A stretch of 39,722 bases of DNA from Deltaproteobacteria bacterium. Its GTDB lineage: Bacteria; Desulfobacterota; JADFXK01. Made by a program: the position numbers and the translations under genes. Below are positions 1 to 9,103 of this stretch, piece after piece. Within the stretch, counting starts at the first letter, position 1. Each line of letters begins with the position of its first letter. Location of the stretch: positions 1 to 39,722 of the forward strand of contig JADFYC010000003.1 of assembly GCA_015233295.1 (NCBI GenBank). Direction: 5' to 3'. Under the pieces are notes generated by a model. The model saw only the letters and a list, made by a program, of their open reading frames with translations. It did no database searches and was not told where the DNA came from.

Positions 1-1
1 T

Positions 2-514
2 AACCCAAAATATCCTTACTTACTCCGGGGGTTATCTGTAGATCGGCCGAATCAGGTCTGGGCTACCGACATCACCTACATCCGAATGGTTAAGGGCTTC
101 ATTTATCTTGTGGCGATAATGGATTGGTTCAGTCGTTATGTTTTATCTTGGGAGGTATCCGTCACCTTGGACGCTGGTTTTTGTTTGGCGGCCCTAGAAA
201 AATCACTTCGATCAGCAAGACCGGGTATATTCAATAGTGATCAAGGGGTTCAGTTCACGAGCCAGTCTTTTACTGATCGTCTGACATCCGAGGGGATACG
301 GATCAGCATGGATGGAAAGGGGCGAGCATTCGACAATATCTTTGTGGAACGGTTGTGGCGTTCGGTGAAATACGAAGAAGTCTATCTAAATGATTATACG
401 TCTGTTATTGAAGCTATTGAGAGCTTAAGGAGATATTTCACTTTCTACAACGAGGAACGACCGCATCAAGCGCTTGGATATGCTACCCCCAAGCAGGTCT
501 ATTTATCCATATAA
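2..514 (+). mobile_element. IS3-family transposase OrfB, C-terminal portion (5' end off-window)
   Basis: The frame is open from nt 2: KYPYLLRGLSVDRPNQVWATDITYIRMVKGFIYLVAIMDWFSRYVLSWEVS...DQGVQFTS...ERLWRSVKYEEVYL...YNEERPHQALGYATP. This is the DDE/rve integrase core typical of IS3 OrfB. No OrfA or left end is in the window. Confidence 0.85.
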
Positions 515-520
515 AACAAA

Positions 521-534
521 GCGGAAGGCTCCGC
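521..534 (+). terminator. Weak hairpin after the transposase stop
   Basis: GCGGA-AGGC-TCCGC starts 7 nt after the TAA at 512-514 and is followed by T-rich ATCTATTTATT. The stem is only 5 bp. Confidence 0.3.
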
Positions 535-890
535 ATCTATTTATTGGAAGAGTTTTTCGCCTTTCGGGGAATCCCATGTTTTATAAAATAAGGCAGGACA
601 AATAGCCCTGCCTCATGGTCTTCCCGCCCGCCTCGGCGCTCAGGTTGCTCTCCAGCATGGCCTTATCCTCCGAGCGGGCAAGGTAATTATATCAGGAAAT
701 AAAAACAGAGTGAACACAAATGTCGTCTCCATATTGGATACAACACCCAAACCAAAATCGAGATGACTTTCCACCTTAAAAAGACCCAAAATTTGTCTTG
801 ACGATGGGGAGCACCTCATAACAACCCTATAAAACGCTGGAGTTAACGTTTGGATGATTATAATCAGAGAATACCTTGAAAGGAATATAG

Positions 891-2066
891 ATGGACCCTG
901 CAAAAATCCCCACTCAGTTTGCATCAGCCGAGAGAAGTTCAGACGAAGAAATAAAGCACCACATTGAGCTCTTTTCTAACAAGCCGTTTTTAAATGATTT
1001 TTTAAACACTGTTCCTGATATTGTAATGGTTTTAAATAAGAATCGGCAGATTGTGTACTCTAATCAAATTTTGCTCAAATTCTTAGGGGCTAATGATTTG
1101 GGTTTTGTCTGCGGCCGGCGGCCAGGTGAAGCTTTTAATTGCATTCACTCAGATGAAACAGAAGGCGGCTGCGGCACTACCGAATTTTGTAAAACTTGCG
1201 GTGCTGTTAAAGCTATTTTAGCTTGTCAAAAAGGCATATCTGATATCCAAGAATGTAGAATTATAAGAAAAGGGACTGGAGATGCTTTAGACCTGAGAGT
1301 TTGGACCAGACCATTGAAAGAGGGTGATGAACTGTTTACTATTTTCTCGGTAACGGATATAAGCGATGAAAAACGCCGCCGGGCTTTAGAAAGGATTTTT
1401 TTTCATGATGTTCTTAATACTGCAGTCGGACTGAGGGGCTTCTCCCAACTTCTCGAGGACGCTACGGCGGATGATATGGCAGGATATCAAAAAATAATTA
1501 ATCAACTGTCCGAATGTATAATCGATGAAATAAATGCTCAAAGGCAGCTAACCGCGGCTGAAAACGATGAATTGGTTGTTGATCTGATTTCCGTTAACAG
1601 CCTTGATATACTGCAGGAACTAATGGTCATCTATATGAATCATCAAGTGGCAGAAGGTCGTCACCTCAGTATTGATCCTAAGTCTATAGGCGTTGTCTTT
1701 ACCTCTGACAGGACTCTTTTAAAACGCGTCATAGGGAATATGACCAAGAATGCCTTGGAGGCCGCCAAAGACGGTGAAACTGTCACTATCGGTTGCGAGA
1801 CCAGAGATGATGAAATTCAGTTCTGGGTGCATAATCCAAGGGTAATGCCAGAAGAAACACAGTTGCAGATGTTCCAGCGTTCATTCTCCACTAAAGGCGC
1901 CGGCCGTGGCCTTGGGACCTATAGCATGAAACTGCTAACCGAAAGATACCTCAAAGGAACTGTTTCCTTTACCAGTGCCCCAGGAAGCGGCACCGTATTT
2001 AGAGCATGTTACCCTTTAATTTTTGATCAAGAGACAATTCCCTCTGACTCCTCAAAGGCGTGTTAA
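891..2066 (+). CDS. Cytoplasmic PAS-type sensor histidine kinase with a Cys-rich insert
   Basis: PAS-like start (VPDIVMVLNKNRQIVYSNQILLKFLG). Candidate H-box FFHDVLNTAVGLRGF. HATPase_c motifs NMTKNALEA and GRGLGTYSMKLL. No TM segment and no adjacent response regulator. Confidence 0.85.
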   Translation: MDPAKIPTQFASAERSSDEEIKHHIELFSNKPFLNDFLNTVPDIVMVLNKNRQIVYSNQILLKFLGANDLGFVCGRRPGEAFNCIHSDETEGGCGTTEFCKTCGAVKAILACQKGISDIQECRIIRKGTGDALDLRVWTRPLKEGDELFTIFSVTDISDEKRRRALERIFFHDVLNTAVGLRGFSQLLEDATADDMAGYQKIINQLSECIIDEINAQRQLTAAENDELVVDLISVNSLDILQELMVIYMNHQVAEGRHLSIDPKSIGVVFTSDRTLLKRVIGNMTKNALEAAKDGETVTIGCETRDDEIQFWVHNPRVMPEETQLQMFQRSFSTKGAGRGLGTYSMKLLTERYLKGTVSFTSAPGSGTVFRACYPLIFDQETIPSDSSKAC

Positions 2067-2218
2067 GCTAGTCTATTGCTGATCTATAAGGCGAGGCAGT
2101 ATGATAAAAGATGCAAGCAACAAGGCACAATGCATGATTTGATTATATAAAACTCTATAGGAAGCCTTCTTCTATAAGTATTTTATATCAATAGTAAAAC
2201 TTGCGTTGCTGGGCTTCC

Positions 2219-2329
2219 TCAGAGATGGCCATGTTCCATGGAGGCCGCATAAGTTTGTGCGGAATTAAGATTGCTAAGAGAAACAGCGAAGAAAATTCCA
2301 ACCAGCAATCGATTCAATGCTGTCTTCAT
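2219..2329 (-). CDS. 36-aa signal-peptide-like small ORF (relic or leader of a third paralog)
   Basis: MKTALNRLLVGIFFAVSLSNLNSAQTYAASMEHGHL* resembles the signal peptide of the 791-aa protein (MKRALSLLFVGIFLAISFNFLHIATVYAEP). It lies directly downstream and co-directional with 2458..3759. The RBS is weak. Confidence 0.3.
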   Translation of the reverse strand: MKTALNRLLVGIFFAVSLSNLNSAQTYAASMEHGHL

Positions 2330-2457
2330 CGTAACCCCATTTCTATTTTGATGTTTGGTTATCTCAAAGGCCTTAACCGCCCTGTGATAGTTAATATCAC
2401 AGGTAGGTAAAACTAAGAGAAGGAGACAATAAGAGCTTCTGGAATGTCTTCCTTTTC

Positions 2458-3759
2458 TCAATCAGAAAGGAATGCCGAATCCGGGATGTTGGGCATCGGA
2501 ATGCGATCCGAGTACAAGAAGGCTGTCCCCTTCTCGTTGGTTTGGGTGTGGCGGAGGCTGCGAATGCTCTCCTTCTGTCCGGCATCCATGGTCTTGTAAG
2601 TTGATGCGAAGGCGGTCGCATATTCGTAGGCCAGCTCGCCGTCAAGCCGCCCGTAGCGCTTCCCCAGGGTTACAATCTCCTGTTCCGCAGGAATCTCGCC
2701 GCGCAGGAATCCCCGCAGCCTGGTAGAGATAGTGCGCCGGACTTCAACAATATCCCTAAGTGTTTTTCGCTGGCGGTCAAGCACGTCCGTGAGTCGGGAA
2801 CGCTGACTTGTATCCAGTACGTTTAAAAATGTGGCACCGGAGTCACCTGTGAGCGAGGTCGAAATGTCGTAATCCCTTCGCCCCATGGCCGGCATGTCTT
2901 TTAGATAAAAACCGCCGAAGTAGGTTCCATGGCGCTCGGGACAGAAATATGTGTCCGCCTCGATGGAGCCTGCATACCAACTGAAAAATTCACTGGCCAG
3001 AGTCATGTATCCAACGCTCACGAGCTTGGAGGAGCCGCGGGGAAGTAGACGGCGCACTTCCTCCCGATCTACATCCGGCCAGGTATTGAAGTCGCCGAAC
3101 TTTAGCCTACCCAGATTCCGTTTCTGTTCGGCCGTAAAAGAACGGACCAACTCCCCGAACACCTTAGCCCGGCGAAAGGCCAGAGTAGCGTCTAGGGCGA
3201 ATAGATCGGCGCAGTAGGCCATGACAGCCTCACGATTCAAACCGGTGTTGCCGACGAGCTGCTTGTGGAAGGCGGCGATCAGCGGGAAACGCTTGAGTGC
3301 AATATTCTTCATCAGGAGTTCCTGTTCTCGGGCGGCTTCGTAAAACCTCCTGCGCTGGTCTTCCGAGAGAATCCTGAGCACGTTGCCGGCAATGCGGTCG
3401 AGGAACATTGGGTTGTGTCCCTTGCCTGCTGCGTCGATGTCCCGCATGTACTGAAACCCGAAGAAATCTGACACCTTGCCGGGGGGAATGAAGGTGGAAC
3501 TGCCGAAATCGCCGGTGAGGAAGGCCAGGCCGTTGAAGGCGATGGTATGAAGCTGGGCCTGATCGGAGATAGCCTGCTCGATTGAGTATCGTTGTCTGTC
3601 ATCTCGTGGCTGCTGTCCCCGTCTGTCATCACGTGGCTGCAGCCCCAGCGGAGGAGGCCCTGCCCCCCTTGGAGATGGTTCCGGCGGCCTATCCTGGGCC
3701 ATGGCAACCGTCGCACACAGGCTCATGACCACAATAAGGAGCTTACTTGCTGTTTTCAT
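2458..3759 (-). CDS. Secreted protein of unknown function, paralog of the N-terminal domain of 3854..6229
   Basis: Signal peptide MKTASKLLIVVMSLCATVAMAQ and RBS AAGGAAA. Collinear similarity to the 791-aa neighbour: DQAQ..TIAF.GL, PPGKV.D..GFQY.RD.D, GHN..FL.R.A.NV, YFCPERHGTYFGGFYLKDMPAMG. I do not recognise the family. Confidence 0.8.
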   Translation of the reverse strand: MKTASKLLIVVMSLCATVAMAQDRPPEPSPRGAGPPPLGLQPRDDRRGQQPRDDRQRYSIEQAISDQAQLHTIAFNGLAFLTGDFGSSTFIPPGKVSDFFGFQYMRDIDAAGKGHNPMFLDRIAGNVLRILSEDQRRRFYEAAREQELLMKNIALKRFPLIAAFHKQLVGNTGLNREAVMAYCADLFALDATLAFRRAKVFGELVRSFTAEQKRNLGRLKFGDFNTWPDVDREEVRRLLPRGSSKLVSVGYMTLASEFFSWYAGSIEADTYFCPERHGTYFGGFYLKDMPAMGRRDYDISTSLTGDSGATFLNVLDTSQRSRLTDVLDRQRKTLRDIVEVRRTISTRLRGFLRGEIPAEQEIVTLGKRYGRLDGELAYEYATAFASTYKTMDAGQKESIRSLRHTQTNEKGTAFLYSDRIPMPNIPDSAFLSD

Positions 3760-3853
3760 AGTATCATTTCCTTATATGAGGTTATGCTGATCCGGCAGGG
3801 GCTGCTCCGGCAATCTTGCGCCATCACAACCCCTGCGGTCAGGCTAACGCCGA

Positions 3854-6229
3854 CTACTTGACGACAAGTGTCTTGCTCGTGGTGTTGGTACCCTGTGCAT
3901 TCTTGACCGTAAGAGTGACTTTGAACGTGCCGGCAGCCGAATAAATGTGGCCCGGACTCGGGAGCACACCTGTTGTTTTGTCACCAAAGTCCCAGGACCA
4001 CGATGTGGGTGTTCCCGTGCTGGCATCGGTGAATTGCACCTTCTGGTTATGGACAGGCGCCCTCGGCGTGTAGTTGAAAACGGCCGTAGGAGCGATTCCG
4101 GTGACAATTATAGTCTTGGTGACGGAGTTTGAGCCCAAGGCATTGCCAGCCTTGAGGGTGACCGTATACGTACCTGCAGCCGAATAGACGTGGTTCGGTT
4201 TCTGGATCGAACTGGTCATGCCGTCACCAAAGGTCCAGGACCACGACGTGGGGTTTCCCGTGCTTGTATCGCTGAAATTTATCGTTTGGCTGGTTTTGGG
4301 GGCGCTCGGGGAGTAGTTGAAAGCTGCAACAGGCACTATTCCTACGGTTATGGAGTTACTGTAGGTGCTGGTGCCCACCGCATTACCGACCTTGAGGCTG
4401 ACCGAGTACTTGCCAGCGGCCGAATAGATGTGGCTGGGGTTCTGGATCGTGCTAGTGCTAGTCGTACTGGTGTCACCAAAGGTCCAGGACCACGTGGTGG
4501 GCTTTCCGGTGCTGGTGTCCTTGAACTGGACTATTTGGCCGGGCTTGGGGGCGCTCGGGGCGCAGGTAAAAGCCGCGGTCGGCCCGGACCCTGTGGTGGT
4601 TACGGTTATGGACTTGGTTACGGTTTTGGAACTCGTGGCATTGCTGGCCGTGAGAGACACCGTGAACGTGCCTGCGGCCGAATAGGTATGGCTGGGGTTC
4701 TGGAGCGAACTCGTACTAGTAGCACTGCTGTCACCAAAGTTCCAGGCCCACTTTGTGGGTGTTCCGGTGCTGGTGTCGGTGAACTGGACCATCTGGCCCA
4801 CTGCCGGAGTAGCAGGCAAAAACGTGAAGGCCGCGGTTAAGGTGGTGGATCCTGTGTTAAACAGATAGTCGGTGTTGGCGATATACGGAGTGAGGAGACC
4901 AAGATTGGTGATGACATCTGAATACAGGAAAGGCGTCGTGCAGACTGAAAAGTCGAATGGGGTCCCATCCGCGTACTTGCCGGACAAGATGGATTTCCGC
5001 AGGGCAGTCAGTTTAGTCTTCTGGTCAGTCGTCAAACTGGCGTAGACCTGAGCAAAGACCGTGGCGTAGTTATAGTTGTTCTCGCCATCCAGGTCGCCGT
5101 AGGTTCCTGATAAGGCAAGCACCTGGGTTTTGACGGAATCAGCTGAGGCGGTTGAGGTCAAAAGGCTGCGCAATAAAGTGGAGATTTGCGTCCGAATCTG
5201 GACGATGTTGGAGGTACCCGCATAGAGATTGTTCCTCTGGGTGTCCACCAGGCTCGAAAAATATGCTGCCTGACTTTGGGTGACGTACCCCTTGGTACTG
5301 TCGCACAGGGCCGCTCCGGCGGTGGCGGTGAGCTGTTCACTGATGCTATATCCTTCGTGCCCGACCGCTGGAGCGTCTTTCATGTAAAAAGATCCATAGT
5401 AGGTTCCATGACGCTCGGGGCAAAAATACACATCCGCAGTCACGGATCCTGCATACCAGCTATAGATGTCACTGGCATAAGTCATCACGGCCACGGCTGT
5501 GCCTTGGGGCAGGCTGATCATCTTGGCGTTAATCTGAGCGCCCGTGATGTTGGGCCAGGAATTAAAGCCTTTGCCTTTCATGGCATCCAGATAGGCCTTC
5601 TGGGTGGAATCCATGGAGTTGAGGATTTTGGCGTACAGTAGGGCGCGGTCGAAGCTGATCTGACCGTCAATCAGGTACAGAGCGTTGGAGGCCGCCTTTA
5701 CGGCGGTGAGACTTAGACCCGTAGAACCGGAGGGAATGTTGCCGTCGACGAGACGCCGAAAAGCCTCCATCAAAGCGAAGCGTTTGTATCCGTAGAGACT
5801 GACCTGGTCTGCCTGGGCGAGGGCCAGCGTCACCATCTGTGCGAGTTGGGTGGAGTTCAGGATGTAAATGACATTGTTGGCCACCCTGGTCAGGAAGCTG
5901 GTATTGTGACCCATGTTGTCCGGGTCGTTGTCGCGCAGATACTGGAACCCGGTATAATCGGCCACCTTACCCGGTGGGAAGAAGGATTGGGAATCCAGGT
6001 TTCCGGTCATAACGCCCAAACCACCGAAGGCGATGGTTGTGACCTGGGCCTGATCAGAAAGAGTATCGGCCAGGGTGAAGGCAGGAGTTGTTGTGGTCGT
6101 ACTCGTAGCCTCAGTGCTTTGCAGGGTATCGTCAGGTGTGGGTTCTGCATAAACTGTGGCTATATGAAGAAAGTTGAAGGAAATAGCCAAAAAAATGCCG
6201 ACAAACAATAAACTCAATGCCCTCTTCAT
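3854..6229 (-). CDS. Secreted protein: unknown N-terminal domain plus four C-terminal PKD domains
   Basis: RBS AAGGAGG and a signal peptide. The N-terminal ~460 aa are paralogous to 2458..3759 (YFCPERHGTYYGSFYMKDAPAVG). The C-terminus has four repeats of the PKD pattern (F.D.STG.PT.W.W.FGD....S....P.H.Y..AG.Y.V.L...N..G), roughly nt 3857-4830. Confidence 0.9.
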   Translation of the reverse strand: MKRALSLLFVGIFLAISFNFLHIATVYAEPTPDDTLQSTEATSTTTTTPAFTLADTLSDQAQVTTIAFGGLGVMTGNLDSQSFFPPGKVADYTGFQYLRDNDPDNMGHNTSFLTRVANNVIYILNSTQLAQMVTLALAQADQVSLYGYKRFALMEAFRRLVDGNIPSGSTGLSLTAVKAASNALYLIDGQISFDRALLYAKILNSMDSTQKAYLDAMKGKGFNSWPNITGAQINAKMISLPQGTAVAVMTYASDIYSWYAGSVTADVYFCPERHGTYYGSFYMKDAPAVGHEGYSISEQLTATAGAALCDSTKGYVTQSQAAYFSSLVDTQRNNLYAGTSNIVQIRTQISTLLRSLLTSTASADSVKTQVLALSGTYGDLDGENNYNYATVFAQVYASLTTDQKTKLTALRKSILSGKYADGTPFDFSVCTTPFLYSDVITNLGLLTPYIANTDYLFNTGSTTLTAAFTFLPATPAVGQMVQFTDTSTGTPTKWAWNFGDSSATSTSSLQNPSHTYSAAGTFTVSLTASNATSSKTVTKSITVTTTGSGPTAAFTCAPSAPKPGQIVQFKDTSTGKPTTWSWTFGDTSTTSTSTIQNPSHIYSAAGKYSVSLKVGNAVGTSTYSNSITVGIVPVAAFNYSPSAPKTSQTINFSDTSTGNPTSWSWTFGDGMTSSIQKPNHVYSAAGTYTVTLKAGNALGSNSVTKTIIVTGIAPTAVFNYTPRAPVHNQKVQFTDASTGTPTSWSWDFGDKTTGVLPSPGHIYSAAGTFKVTLTVKNAQGTNTTSKTLVVK

Positions 6230-6365
6230 GGTAGGCCTCCTTATACTTTTTGATGTCTTGAGTAAATCGAAAAATATTGCGCCAAGAATGATTCTTCCAG
6301 GATCGATAGACCTAAAACCCTACCGTAAATCAAAACCGGACGAGATCCACCGATCTTTTAATGTG

Positions 6366-6398
6366 ATTATATTTTGCTTAAATGAACGCCAGATGAAC
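6366..6398 (-). promoter_or_regulatory. Putative OmpR/PhoB-type box plus -10 upstream of the PKD-protein operon
   Basis: The minus strand reads GTTCAT-ctggc-GTTCAT-ttaagcaaaa-TATAAT: direct hexamer repeats with an 11-bp period ending 10 nt before a perfect -10. It lies about 135-170 nt upstream of the ATG at 6229. A near-identical copy is at 8705-8737. Confidence 0.5.
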
Positions 6399-6431
6399 AG
6401 AAACCGAATCGTTGATGATTTCTTCTATTCT

Positions 6432-7880
6432 TCATCTATCGGTTGTTAGAGGCAGTTTAATATGGAAGGCGCTACCTTTGTCTACCTGACTTTCCACTTC
6501 AATTCGACCGCCGTGGATATCAACGATATACTTGCATATGGCCAGCCCCAGTCCACTTCCGCCTTCACTTCTGGAGCGCGCTTTATCGACGCGGTAAAAC
6601 CTTTCAAATATCAAAGGTAGATCATTGGAGGGAATGCCGATACCGGTATCTGCGACCGTTACGACGGCCATGGCATCTTCTTTTTGGAGGGTGATGAATA
6701 TGGATCCACCGGAGGGGGTGTATCGGATGGCATTGCTTAAGATATTGTACATCAACCGCTTCAGGCTCTTTCTATCGCCCTTAATGGTCATCGGGTCGGG
6801 TAGAGAAGAATCCAATTGAAGGACCTTCTCCCGGCACAGGATCTCCATATCAGAATAGATATCTCGAATGAATGTTTGTAACGGAATTGTCTCAAAGGTA
6901 AATTGCTCATTCCCGGCATCCGCCCGGGCGAGTGTGAGTAATTGATTGATAACGCCGGACATATGGTCAGATTCTTGAGAAATTAATTCCAAGGATCTTT
7001 GGTATGCTTCCGGCTTCCTGAGTTTTTGAAGGGCCAGAGTAGATTCTGCTTGAATAATGGCCAGGGGGGCCCGCAGTTCGTGAGAGGCGTCGCTGGTAAA
7101 CTGCTTCTGACGGTTAAAGGCTTTTTCCAGTCGTCCAATCATCTGGTTCAGGGTATCAGCAAGATGTCCCAGCTCATCTTTGGTCTTAACTATGATTCTC
7201 CGGTTTAAGTCATGCTCCTCAATTTCGCGGGCCGCATTGGTAATCTGTTCCACCGGTTTGAAGGCCTTCCCGGCCAGGAAAACCCCGCCGCCGCCAGCGC
7301 AGATCAGGGTCAATGGTACGGCGATTAGAAGGATATGTAAAAGCCAGTCCAGGGTCGAGTCTATATCCCTGACAGGTCGGGCCACAACCAGGGCCGATCG
7401 CCGGATTTCAAACTCTTCCAGATAGCTTTTGGATCTGCGGAATTTGTCTGGACTAATAAATGGATCATCAGGTGTATAACCTGTCGCATACAACCTAAAT
7501 TTCCGACCGGGGGATTCTTCAATAGTTACAAATGAGCTTGTTCCGTATATGGCTAGATCGATAACTTGTTTTGATACTGGAACGATCATGCCCTTGTGCG
7601 AAATATCCCGCAGAGTTTTCCCGGAATAAAAATAGAATGAGATAAGTTCTTCGACTTCTTCTTGAAATGTGCCGCTGGCGACGATTGAAATCACTTCTCT
7701 GAAGTTGCAAATCTGTTTCGCTCGCCTCCGAAGGGATTCGTCGAGGTTGTGATGTAAGATTTGGGAGAGGGATATATACACCCCCCCGGCTAACATTATC
7801 AGCAGGATACCCAGTATCATAAGATACCAGAGGGTGAACTTAAATTTTATGCTGTTGATAATATTCTTAATCTTGTTCAT
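6432..7880 (-). CDS. Membrane sensor histidine kinase (2 TM, HAMP, HisKA, HATPase_c)
   Basis: TM segments LMILGILLIMLAGGVYI and LLIAVPLTLICAGGGGVFLAG. HAMP (ELGHLADTLNQMIGRLE). H-box FTSDASHELRAPL. N/G boxes (NILSNAIRYT, DTGIGI, GGSGLGLAI). The start overlaps the RR stop by 4 nt. Confidence 0.9.
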   Translation of the reverse strand: MNKIKNIINSIKFKFTLWYLMILGILLIMLAGGVYISLSQILHHNLDESLRRRAKQICNFREVISIVASGTFQEEVEELISFYFYSGKTLRDISHKGMIVPVSKQVIDLAIYGTSSFVTIEESPGRKFRLYATGYTPDDPFISPDKFRRSKSYLEEFEIRRSALVVARPVRDIDSTLDWLLHILLIAVPLTLICAGGGGVFLAGKAFKPVEQITNAAREIEEHDLNRRIIVKTKDELGHLADTLNQMIGRLEKAFNRQKQFTSDASHELRAPLAIIQAESTLALQKLRKPEAYQRSLELISQESDHMSGVINQLLTLARADAGNEQFTFETIPLQTFIRDIYSDMEILCREKVLQLDSSLPDPMTIKGDRKSLKRLMYNILSNAIRYTPSGGSIFITLQKEDAMAVVTVADTGIGIPSNDLPLIFERFYRVDKARSRSEGGSGLGLAICKYIVDIHGGRIEVESQVDKGSAFHIKLPLTTDR

Positions 7881-8548
7881 AGAGCCCTTATCCTGTATCC
7901 TGCTCCCCTGACGGTTTGAATAATGTTTTTGCCCTGCTCGGGATCGATCTTTTGACGAATCCTTCGAATATACACATCCACCAGATTGGATATGCTGTCC
8001 AATTCATAATCCCATGCATGCGTTTCAATCATGGTGCGGGTAATGACGGCGTTCGGGTGACGCATCAGGTATTCCAGAATGGCGTATTCTTTGGTTGTTA
8101 GATCCACCGGTCGTTGCTTCCAACTGGCTTCCCGAAGCGATGTATTAAGAACCAGGTCTCCGACCTTGAGTTCCAGCGATTTGGATGTACTCTCCCGCCG
8201 CAGTAACGCTCGCACCCTGGCCGTCAGCTCCCCAAAAGCAAATGGTTTTATTAAATAGTCGTCTGCCCCTGTATCCAATCCTTTGACCCGATCTTCAACC
8301 GTGTCCTTGGCCGTCAACATTAAAATCGGAGTTTTGATGTTCTTCCGGCGAAGGTTTCGGCAAACTTCGATTCCGTTTTTCTTTGGCATCATAATATCTA
8401 AAATAATTAGATCATAGGAAGTGGTTTCGGCATAATACTCGCCGTCGTCGCCGTCATATACACAATCAACGGCGTATGAATCTTCTTCAAGCCCCCGTTT
8501 CACGACATCACAAAGTTTTTCATCGTCATCAACCACTAAGACTCGCAT
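7877..8548 (-). CDS. OmpR/PhoB-family response regulator
   Basis: Receiver (MRVLVVDDDEKL...DLIILDIMMPKKNG...LMLTAKD...KPF) plus winged-helix Trans_reg_C (LTTKEYAILEYLMRHPN...VDVYIRRIRQKID...IQTVRGAGYRI). Confidence 0.92.
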   Translation of the reverse strand: MRVLVVDDDEKLCDVVKRGLEEDSYAVDCVYDGDDGEYYAETTSYDLIILDIMMPKKNGIEVCRNLRRKNIKTPILMLTAKDTVEDRVKGLDTGADDYLIKPFAFGELTARVRALLRRESTSKSLELKVGDLVLNTSLREASWKQRPVDLTTKEYAILEYLMRHPNAVITRTMIETHAWDYELDSISNLVDVYIRRIRQKIDPEQGKNIIQTVRGAGYRIRAL

Positions 8549-8704
8549 AGGCCGTCTCCTTCCTGCTTGATAAAACTGTAAATCCGTCCTTCCAAAACCG
8601 GAAATCCGTCCGAAAACGACTTAAATCAAAAAGAAGAGTCACCCAAAACCGAAACTGAACAAGCTGCCTGACTTACCGGAGGACCATGCCATAAGCTTGA
8701 GAAA

Positions 8705-8737
8705 ATTATATTATGCCTAAATGAACGTCAGATGAAC
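8705..8737 (-). promoter_or_regulatory. Putative OmpR/PhoB-type box plus -10 upstream of the RR-HK operon (autoregulation candidate)
   Basis: The minus strand reads GTTCAT-ctgac-GTTCAT-ttaggcataa-TATAAT, with the same geometry as 6366-6398. It lies about 155-190 nt upstream of the RR start at 8548. Confidence 0.5.
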
Positions 8738-9103
8738 CGGAACCAACTTATTTATTATACTGCTCCAACTTTAGTTTCTTCAGACATAGTTCTTGCTTTT
8801 GATCCATTTTTGCTCAAAATAGTCATCGTATACTTATTTTCCGGGCCAATCTTAACATAAGTTTGTCAGAATTTGCTACTTGTTGATGACTTTCAAAAGT
8901 CGTGTCTGGCGAAACCATAGTTGGAGCTGTATAGGGGGGTGATGACACATAATTTGGCCTGGTCATAAGCTCAAACAAAGAATGCCTGGGATAGTCCTGG
9001 ATAAGGCAGTCGATTATCCCCTTTAGGCGGAATCAGGCAACTATATTTTTGGAAATAGGCGATGTGGTAAATTTGTTATCTATGGCATAAACATCAAGGA
9101 GGA

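Noticed and set aside
640-924. 94-aa minus-strand ORF between the IS fragment and the kinase
   Set aside because: It overlaps the kinase start and its promoter region, has no RBS, and gives a hydrophobic/low-complexity translation.
3760-3853. Sigma-54-like TGGCGC-aaga-TTGCC upstream of the 433-aa gene
   Set aside because: The spacer is one base too short (GG-N9-GC instead of GG-N10-GC).
3857-4830. ~270-nt tandem periodicity that could be taken for a repeat array
   Set aside because: The repeats are the four in-frame PKD domains of the 791-aa protein. They are divergent at the DNA level and have no spacer/repeat structure, so this is not a CRISPR or satellite array.
4190-4840. 216-aa plus-strand ORF, and several others at 3947-6211, 2472-3861, 13061-13879, 14419-17340 and 22464-23541
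   Set aside because: All lie antisense to long genes with clear domain content. Their translations are Arg/Gly/Pro-rich or low complexity, as expected for shadow ORFs.
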